Notes under the pieces: model-generated
Seen by the model: the letters and a program-made list of their open reading frames with translations, nothing else
Database searches by the model: none
Told to the model about the DNA's origin: nothing
Shown here: piece after piece, positions 40,172 to 49,164 of the stretch
Position numbering within the stretch: the stretch's first letter is position 1
How the letters are laid out: each line of letters opens with the position of its first letter
Translations under genes and position numbers: made by a program
Source of the DNA: Octopus bimaculoides
Taxonomy: Eukaryota
Direction: 5' to 3'
Assembly: GCF_001194135.2 (NCBI RefSeq)
Contig: NC_068981.1
Coordinates: 11,795,751 to 11,859,750, forward strand
Length of the DNA: 64,000 nucleotides

Positions 40172-40683
40172 GCCTTTGCACAGTTTCCAACGCTGGAGAT
40201 GTACTGCGGTCTCAGGTCTTCACTACCAGTGAACTAAGGTAACACCTCTTATTTTTCGAGCACCTTCCGTCGAATTCGAGTGGTTCCAAGCTGTGCTGGT
40301 TTCTGCAAGTGCTCCTCCCTTATTGCAGCCCCTATTTGTTCCACGTATTTCTCGAGATTTTTGCTCACTGTTCCTAGAACTCCGACAGTTATTGGTACTA
40401 CTGCTACCTTTGTCATCGACCACAACTGCTTTACCTCCCAATCTAACCTGTTATATCTATCAACTTTTCTTTCTTCCTTATCGCATACCTTCTTGTCAGC
40501 TGGGCATGCTATATCTATGATCCAGCATCGTTTGCTTTCTTTCTCAATCAAGACAATGTCTGGCTTCCTATTCTCTATCTCATGGTCGCACTGAATCATA
40601 AAATCCCATAGGATCTTTGCATTTCTATTTTCGATGATGCCTTCGGGTTTCTGATCGTACCAATTTTTTGCTGTCAAGTTCAT
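40172..40683 (-). mobile_element. 5'-truncated R4/Dong-like LINE (restriction-like endonuclease domain + 3' UTR) inside a (TAA)n tract
   Basis: ORF 40249..40683: KILWDFMIQCDHEIENRKPDIVLIEK..CWIIDIACPAD..KVDRY (PD-D/E-x-K type RLE); TAA repeats on both sides. Confidence 0.93.
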
Positions 40684-40702
40684 CCTTTCAATGTTGTTGT
40701 TG

Positions 40703-40796
<94 letters not shown>

Positions 40797-40820
40797 CATT
40801 ATTATTATTATTATTATTAT

Positions 40821-40921
40821 TCAGGTGACTGTCTGGAATCGAACTCGGAATCTTGGGGTTAGTAGCCCGCGCTCTTAACAGCTACGCCATGTGTCCACGG
40901 GCATATGGCATAGTGGTTAAG
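40821..40921 (-). mobile_element. tRNA-like (Ser-GCT-like anticodon loop) SINE head in head-to-head palindrome with a second truncated head
   Basis: Minus strand: TGGCGTAGCTG (A box), GGG-CTACTAA-CCC, GAGTTCGATTCC (B box, 40835-40846), then (TAA)n; 40874-40921 is an imperfect 48-bp palindrome with a + strand A box TGGCATAGTGG. Confidence 0.75.
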
Positions 40922-41328
40922 CCCATACTTGTTGGAAAGTGTCCAATAGACAAGCATGGCTATATTGTCGTGGGTCTCTTATATTCCTTCTGGGCTAGTG
41001 GGGTATTACTATTATCATTATTATTATTATCGTTGTTGTTGTCGTTGTTGTTATTATTATAGTTGTTCTTCCTATTATCATTATTTTTATTTATATACTT
41101 GAAATTTGTGGTTGAATTATTTAATAGGTAAAATTGTTTACACGAAAAATGTCATATGATATGAGTTTAATCCAAGGGGTGCCCTGCTATAAAAAAATCC
41201 CCTATCAATAAAGACAATTCTGCCGTGAAAAGACATTACCTTCTTTTCAAGAAATTTTATTTGGAACTATATAATTCTGTATACCCTTCATTCTTGCAGG
41301 GCAGGTGCTTTGACAAGCAAATTTTCAG

Positions 41329-41411
41329 GTCACTTTATTTGTAGCGCATCGAACTACCATTTACATGAACCTGTATTCGTTCACTATACACTATCTTATA
41401 TAAGCTGCTAA
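41329..41411 (+). CDS. Candidate terminal exon (GHFICSASNYHLHEPVFVHYTLSYISC*)
   Basis: Acceptor aattttcag| (phase 1, fits the 37569 donor), TAA at 41409-41411, AATAAA at 41461. An alternative upstream acceptor exists at 41299. Confidence 0.3.
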
Positions 41412-42059
41412 TACAATAGTTTGTTTCAAATACGAATTATGTGATTGTAGCGTTGTAATGAATAAAGCAATAACCTTCATTGTTTCTGTGTAATCCCTGT
41501 AGAATACGTTTGTAAATAGCAAAGAATACATAGAAAATAATTAGAGAGAAGCAATACAGAAATAGCGATGGCAAATGGCAACACGCTTGTGACATTCGTT
41601 ATATCGCAACTGGAAATGTTGAAGCCCTACAATGCTTGGGGATGTGTTGGTTCTGCACGCAGAAATGAATGAAGGAATGACATCGGTGACTTAGTTATCA
41701 GTTGAAGTGTATATGACATTTGAATTTATATTCTGGATACACTGTCATCGAAAAGAAATTTGGCAAATCGATAGGTTAAGCGAATCTAAATGCATGAATT
41801 TCAGCATTGTGACAGGGACACCATTAACAATTCAGCATCAAGTTTTACTGCAAGTGAAGTGGAAAATGTACGACGTATATTTATGAAGATTTATTTATAT
41901 GGAAATTAATTCACTTAACCTGTTAAGCGCATTAATTTCGATTTGGATAAAACTTCATATATTCTCTAAGTAGATTTTTCGACTTCATTTATTCCTTCTA
42001 TACAGATAGTTGAGTGGATTAGTAGAGATTTATGAATATGTAAAATAACAAACAATGTA

Positions 42060-42315
42060 ATACCATAGACATTGCAATGCCGTATGATAATCGAGTGGAT
42101 AGTAGTGAAATCATGAGAATTAAGAAACATCAGGACGTAGTCAATGAAATTAAGAGATTGCTACAGACAATGGTGACTGTGGTGATAAGTACACTTGAAA
42201 CAACACTCGGTCTGCTGCCTAAAAGGCAGAATGGATTTGGAATTGAGGTATATATTGGTGATCTGCAGAAAAGAGCGATCTAGCATTCTGTAAGAACCTC
42301 TAAGAAAGGTTCAAA
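42060..42315 (+). mobile_element. Old R4/Dong-like RLE domain fragment (a further family)
   Basis: TIDIAMPYDNRVDSSEIMRIKKHQDVVNEIKRL..VVIS..LPKR..GIEVYIGDLQKRA matches the pattern IDIAxPxD..KYQDL..EI.RLW..VVIGALG..LQK. Confidence 0.75.
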
Positions 42316-42413
42316 GAAAGTAAAGTAACTTGTCACCGATCTCTATACGACATTCCTCCTAGTTAAAGTACCCTGTAATAGGTTTATAACAATAACAGCA
42401 GCAACAATTATAG

Positions 42414-43055
42414 TTTCAAATTTTGATCAACAGTTTTTCAGTATAGGGAGAAGTCGATTACATCGAGCCATCTTCTTGACTGGTACTTATTTTATCGACC
42501 TCCGAAAGGGGGGAAAAGCCAAGAGGACGTGGGCGGAATTTGAGCTCTGAAAGTATAGACAGACCAAATGCCGCAAAGTATGTTACCCAGCGTGCTAAGA
42601 TTCTTATTTCTTTATTGCCCACAGGAGGCTACACAGAAAAGGGACAAGCAAGGACAGACAAACGGATTAAGTCGATTATATCGACCCAGTGCGTAACTGA
42701 TACTTATTTAATCGACCCCGAAAGGATAAAAGGCAAAGTCGACCTCTGTGGCATTTAAACTCAGAACGTAGCGGCAGACGAAATACCGCTAAGCATTTCG
42801 CCCGGCGTGCTCACGTTTCTCATTTCTTTACCGCCCACATGGGGCTACAAACAGAGGGATCAAACAAGGACAGACAAACAAACCGATTAAGTCGATTATA
42901 TCTACCCCAGTGCGTAACTGGTACTTATTTAATCGACCCCGAAAGGATGAAAGGCAAAGTCGACCTCGGCAGAATTTGAACTCAGAACATAGCGGCAGAC
43001 GAAATACCGCTAAGCATTTTGCCCGGCGTGCTAACGATTCTGCCAGCTCGCCGCC
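42414..43055 (-). mobile_element. Head-to-tail trimer of SINE family B (two long-tail units and one short-tail unit)
   Basis: Intact head GGCGGCGAGCTGGCAGAATCG at 43055; internal restarts after AAAGAAAT(G/A)AGAA at ~42820 and ~42604. Confidence 0.92.
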
Positions 43056-43379
43056 TTGATAGCAACAATAATAATTATGTTAATTATAAAAAAAGAAAAC
43101 TGTACGTTGGTGTCATATGAAATTTCAGATCCATGAGCTACCAGTCGTACATATGACTTACTTTTACTGTTACTAACCTATTTTTTATTGATTATAAGAA
43201 GACCCAGACAATGAATTATGACTGACATATGTTTATGCGCTACAATTGAGAACAAACTCCATTATGTATAGAAATGTATTCTTCTTTTGATTTAGATAGA
43301 TCAGAATATTATTGATAGTGTTACTTGTTAGAACATACGAAACAACGCAAATATACAAAATTGATCTTTTCATTTTCAT

Positions 43380-45160
43380 TTAATGTAATCTCCTACTTTG
43401 TGCATAATTGTTCTTTGATTCGCTTAGATTCAAACAACATTGGCTTCGTATCATATTTTGCACGGATTTTTGTTTTAGATAAGACCGTGTCATAAGATAA
43501 ATTGACTGTTTTGAAAACTGACTTTCACAACATCCTTTCAAAACTACTCTAAAATGCTGTAGCAATAGATAACATCAACAAAATATGAAAGAACCCCACC
43601 CCATTAAATATTTTTGGACATTCTTCGTGACATTAATGGCTTTTCATTGTCAAAAGAAAAATTGTCTTCCTAAAGCCACTGCTTCAATGTTGCCAAAACT
43701 CAAGCGATATCTCTACAGAATATTTCAGACAATGTAAACATTTATTGAAAGAAATCTTTGGAGAGTATAAACTGCCAATCACGAAATATAATAACCGACT
43801 ATGAATATTTGTGTAACTGTTGTCTGTTGGATAACATTCAATAAACTCTCTTAATATAGAATTGTAGGTAAGTTGCAAGTTTCGAAACACGATTTGCTTA
43901 AAGAGCACAATTTCAAAACGGTTTCTAAATAGCTGTTAGGTATATGTATATTCATATTTACTTTCCCTGCTGTCCATAATGCTGTCAATCATCATTTATC
44001 TTTGTACATCAGTTCATACCATCACCAGAGATGGTAGCAATTCTTATGAAGATTTTCAGTATTTCTGTTTTTACAGGGATATATTGGAGATTTATAAAAG
44101 CAATTTCACCCGCGAAATTATTTGATCAGTGAAACCCTAATAAACATGGATTTTACTTACAATAATTCAATGAGGCCTGCAATAAGTATTTTTCGCATAG
44201 AATCTTCAGCTATTTTTTTCGCTTCGATGGCCACCTCTGGACTGTTTGCCCAGGCCAACGTCCCGACTCGTTTTAAAGTCAGTATCCCACGCATCTTGAT
44301 ATCACCAATCAAAGGCTAGACATAGCACTGTTAGAAATAGAATCAAAGTCTCCTTGAAACAACACATTATTCTCTTGGAAAAGAAATGAATTAATTTGTT
44401 TATGNNNNNNNNNNNNNNNNNNNNNNNNNNNNNNNNNNNNNNNNNNNNNNNNNNNNNNNNNNNNNNNNNNNNNNNNNNNNNNNNNNNNNNNNNNNNNNNN
44501 NNNNAATGCTGCATTAAGAGCAAGCCAAAGATAAATCCTGCCAATATTTTCAATTTTAGCGATAAACATCGTGAAGGACTGCTGATACCAAGAACACAAT
44601 TTCACCGTGAATTGCTAATATTAGTAACAACACTGAGCTAGATCATTCACGGTCCCAATAAATACAAGACCCCACAGTAACCGAGCATCTCATCTGACAT
44701 AACATAACCTGGACAGCATAACGTTGATTGTCCCTTCCATCTTCGATTAGAATACGGTTCAATAATATGATTACTGATACAAAATAGAGATGCTCAAAAT
44801 ATTTCTCCCGCATTTGAGTAAGTACTGCTGCAAAATACAAGCACACATGCACCCACACAAACACACGCACACATATACACACACACTCATGCACACACGC
44901 ACACGCACACACACAAACGCATACAACCCAAAATATCCAAGGCCGCATGCAGAAATGACTCATCGACAGATTGGTTCTCAGTATGTCACAGGGGCATTTA
45001 AGAAATTTGATATCTTTGAGGAAGCGTTTTGCACAGAAACCATTCCCACTCCCTAAACTACAAGGCATGATCCAAAAAGAAGGGAAAGGCGACATTATTC
45101 GGTGCATTTGCAGTCGCAGGTTTTATATCAGTCTCCTTCTCCCAGTCTTTGCCCAACCAA
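43380..45160 (-). pseudogene. Decayed intron-containing coding region of unknown identity
   Basis: Frame RLWLGKDWEKE..VAFPFFLDHAL*FREWEWFLCKTLPQRYQIS*MPL*HTENQSVDESFLHAALDIL ends at donor 44927; exon 44773-44709 (VIILLNRILIEDGRDNQRYAVQ); exon from 44614 (QFTVKLCSWYQQSFTMFIAKIENIGRIYLWLALNAA, into the gap). Phases are consistent; further acceptor-led fragments at 44373, ~43925 and ~43560. Confidence 0.45.
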
Positions 45161-46610
45161 AGTCTAACTACAAGACAGCAGTAAAGTATTTAAATTCAGA
45201 GTTACTTTCTGGGGGCATTTTAATACACACCTGCCCAAAGTGCCCTGCAGTGGTATTGGACACGAAAGAATGAGCTTGTAATGAAAGCAGCCGAACATAA
45301 AGATATGCTTGGGCTTGCACACCTGTGCCCACGTTTAGTTTAGCGTTTTCTCATTTGAAGGTGATAATATGTAATGGATCAAAAGTATATCAATATGTTA
45401 AAATTATTTATTTATCCGACTCTGAAGAGTTTAATGGAAATGGATATCTTCACTTAGAACCACTTCAAAACAGAATATTCTTACAGTGGCTGATTAACAT
45501 TTCCATTATGGTGAAGAAGAATTTGAAATAGCCTATCATACTTAGAAATTTTGATGTGGGTTAAAACGTGCTGTAGAATAAATAAACGATAACAGTGTCA
45601 TGAGGGGAAACTCTCGGTATACATTGATTCATCGACATGAATTCAGAACACTTAAATGATTAAAACGTTGATACCAAACATTAGTAACGCCATTAGGAAG
45701 TCGAGCTGCTATGGATCGCTTGACACATCAGAACAAACGTGAACCAAATCTGAATGCTGATATGTCAATGTGGTTAATGATTTCGCTTCATTAATATGAA
45801 GTATCGGATTCTATCCCACTTCGCGCGACGTTTAAATGTATTTTCTCTCCTAGCACCAGCTCTACCAAATCATTGAGTCTAGTATAAGTTAAGTGAATAT
45901 TCTTCTTATTTTTGTTCGGAGATAAGAATTAATCTCACACGCCATCGTCGTGGTTTATTTTATCACAAATATTTAGTTTATACGAATCCTTTAACTACTT
46001 ATTTCTGCTCTTCGTTCATGTATCTTGAAAGCTTTTAAAAGGCTGATGTACGTTGCTTTTCCTTGTCTAATCATCATAAAAACGAAGGAAATTAATCGGA
46101 TTTTTCTTGGTCACAAGGACGTTCATTTAGTTGTTACCTCACGTGAATTATCTTCTCGTTAAATTAATTTGTGAGTGGCAGAGTATTCGAAAGATACACC
46201 TATCTTCATTGTAATTCTCAAAGTCATCGTTATACAGGACACAATACATATTAAGCGGAGATTTCTAACGGCTACTGTTTATGGAATTTCACTGTGAAGA
46301 ATTAGTTAACCAGATTTAGTGCCAGAAAGTTTTTGTCCAAGATGCGACCGATGTAGCATTGTCTGATCACACAATTGACTAATCCGAAGCATGTTTCTTA
46401 GCTTTTTAACCAAACTTAGGTAGGCTGCGCACACAAAATTGAAATAAGATAACTAGAGCTCACCTGCATAAAAGCAAAAGAGAGAGTAACACTTTCTCAC
46501 TGACAAACATAGACGACTTTACAGTTCTATATTTAAGAGATGAGAAATTGTGTACAGTATTTACATTATTTACATTCAACGGATATTTGTCCTATTCTTG
46601 TTTGTTGTTA

Positions 46611-46655
46611 ATACAACGTTTCGGCTGATATACCCTCCAGCCTTCTTCAGGTGTC
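46611..46655 (-). ncRNA. Minimal hammerhead ribozyme motif, left arm (GUU site, weak stem I)
   Basis: GACAC-CUGAAGA-A-GGCUG/GAGGGUAUAU/CAGCC-GAAA-CGUU-GUAU. Confidence 0.6.
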
Positions 46656-46700
46656 TTAGGGAAATTTCGAACCTGGGTTCTCATTCGAAATTTCCCCAAC

Positions 46701-46744
46701 ACACCTGAAGAAGGCTGGAGGGTATATCAGCCGAAACGTCGTGT
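46701..46744 (+). ncRNA. Minimal type I hammerhead ribozyme motif, right arm (GUC site)
   Basis: Stem I ACAC/GUGU; core CUGAAGA (46705-46711); stem II GGCUG/CAGCC; GAAA (46733-46736); palindromic stem III ACGU; predicted cleavage after C46740. Confidence 0.72.
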
Positions 46745-48116
46745 TAACAATAAACAAGATGAGGACAAATATCCGTCGAATGTAAATAATGTAAATGATG
46801 TAAATAATGTATAGACGACCTCATACAAATTCTGTGGTAGCGTTTCCCTGAAGAGTGTAATGTAGCGCTTGATATAAAATACAGATATTACTATTTCACA
46901 TACTTATTCCTATTTCATTATTTAATTTTTATTTGACCTTGGCAGATGAACATATATGAATATAATGACATCTGATGCAGGAATTTATTGAATTAACTGG
47001 TGTCTTCAGTCATCGGCTGACACCAAGGCCTGAAGTGGTTTAAAATTATAAGATGTTTGTCAAGACTGATGTGGACGCCATTAAACAATCACGTTATATT
47101 AGTTCTTTTTCTTCAGGAGGATTAACTGAATTGAACTTAAATTATCAGATAACTTTACTTGTGCGAATCACCAAATATTATCCCATACCTGTCAAATATT
47201 ATATTTAACATGAAATAAGGTAAATAGCCAAACACACTTGAGTATAATATAATATAATATAATATCATATAATGCAGAGGTGTTTACGAAACTATAGGTC
47301 ATTCAGCATAGTTACTTTTCGATATCAGTGAAGAGAGTAAATAAAAGCTGAACTTGAAATAATGATTAACGGATTTAGGAAACAAAATCTCGCGAACCAT
47401 GGTAACATATTTAGTCAGATATTTCTTCCCTTAAATGAAGTAATTAATTTGCCACCGTAATAAAAGATTAAACTACAAGTACCTGGTGAATTAACAATTT
47501 GCCCCTCCATTTAGTGTAAACAATACAAAGAAAAGATTTTTGCTTGAAACTCTTCATTAGAGTCTCTTAAAGTCGAAAAGAAATGAAATAGAAGGATTAA
47601 TTTCTGCATTAATGATGTCATTAATGCTGTATTTGCCGGTAGACTTTCTTAGTCATTAGCAAATTTTCAAGTGATTTGCAAATTAGAAGTTGTATGTTAA
47701 AATATTCTTCTCATTATTACAGTCCACTTTTGTGTGTATATGACAAAATTTCCTAATGCTTCAAAGTAGAAGTGAATCTCAAAATTGATAATGCTGTATG
47801 AAACAAAATTTGATTGTAGAAAAATAACTGAAACAAAGTCTAGATACTAAAATTAAAATGAAAATACACTGATTCACAAAATGCTCGTCCACTTGTAATA
47901 ACTCGATACAAAATTGACAAAAATATATACATATGTGTCTATGAATTTGTATGCATACATTTGTGTGTGAATGTATGTACGTATGTATGTATAAGTGTGT
48001 AACTTATAGTAGCTAATACATATATATTCTTTAACTTCTTTAGAATTTTTAAAGTGTTCCAGTTTTAAAGCTGCAATAATGCTGGGGCAATGTTATATAT
48101 ATATATATTCTTTTAT

Positions 48117-48298
48117 TCTTTTACTTGTTTCAGCCATTTGGCTGTGGCTATGCTGGAGCACCAAAACTTATTCTTTCTAAGCCTAGTACTTACTCTACCG
48201 GTCTCTTTTGCCGAACAGCTAGATAGCGCAGATGTGAACACACCAACGCTGGTTGTCAAGCGATGGTGGGGGGGCACACACACACACACACACACACA
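48117..48298 (-). mobile_element. SINE family A 3' half (runs into the gap at its internal microsatellite)
   Basis: TTTTACTTGTTTCAGCCATTTG..GCTGGAGCACC..GGTTGTCAAGCGATGGTGGGG. Confidence 0.85.
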
Positions 48299-48851
48299 NN
48301 NNNNNNNNNNNNNNNNNNNNNNNNNNNNNNNNNNNNNNNNNNNNNNNNNNNNNNNNNNNNNNNNNNNNNNNNNNNNNNNNNNNNNNNNNNNNNNNNNNNN
48401 NNNNNNNNNNNNNNNNNNNNNNNNNNNNNNNNNNNNNNNNNNNNNNNNNNNNNNNNNNNNNNNNNNNNNNNNNNNNNNNNNNNNNNNNNNNNNNNNNNNN
48501 NNNNNNNNNNNNNNNNNNNNNNNNNNNNNNNNNNNNNNNNNNNNNNNNNNNNNNNNNNNNNNNNNNNNNNNNNNNNNNNNNNNNNNNNNNNNNNNNNNNN
48601 NNNNNNNNNNNNNNNNNNNNNNNNNNNNNNNNNNNNNNNNNNNNNNNNNNNNNNNNNNNNNNNNNNNNNNNNNNNNNNNNNNNNNNNNNNNNNNNNNNNN
48701 NNNNNNNNNNNNNNNNNNNNNNNNNNNNNNNNNNNNNNNNNNNNATATATAAATATATATATCGTCAGTGAATCATAAATCCGAAAAAGAAGCACACTTT
48801 AGAGTAGTATAGTTTAAAGTTAGATAAGACCGGTTTATGGAGTTACCCTGG

Positions 48852-48936
<85 letters not shown>

Positions 48937-48942
<6 letters not shown>

Positions 48943-49164
48943 ACGCGTACTTAATGTATATTCTTTGTGTATTTTCCGGTGGCTACGATGACGTGGTAGG
49001 ATGTATACACTCTCAAAGCGTTGGGTGGTGAAACACTGCAGAATCATGAGCAGACGAGATATCACTAAGTTGTTTTAATACCCAGCGCTTTGAGAGTGTA
49101 TATACTCCACCACGCTATCGCAGCCACCGGAAAACACACAAATACAATAAATATACGCAGTTAA
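48937..49164. mobile_element. MITE-like inverted repeat (~90-bp arms, ~53-bp spacer) next to (TTA)n
   Basis: TTTTCCGGTGGCTACGAT..GTATACACTCTCAAAGCGTTGGGT is mirrored by ACCCAGCGCTTTGAGAGTGTATA..ATCGCAGCCACCGGAAAA. Confidence 0.8.

Larger units (their letters stand above)
46558..46797. mobile_element. ~240-bp near-perfect palindrome of two outward-facing hammerhead-bearing arms
   Basis: Arms 46558-46671 and 46684-46797 are reverse complements around a 12-nt spacer, CCTGGGTTCTCA. Confidence 0.92.

Noticed and set aside
40821-40900. Possible genuine tRNA gene
   Set aside because: No paired acceptor stem, lacks the Ser long variable arm and ends in (TAA)n; treated as a tRNA-derived head. tRNAscan-SE would settle it.
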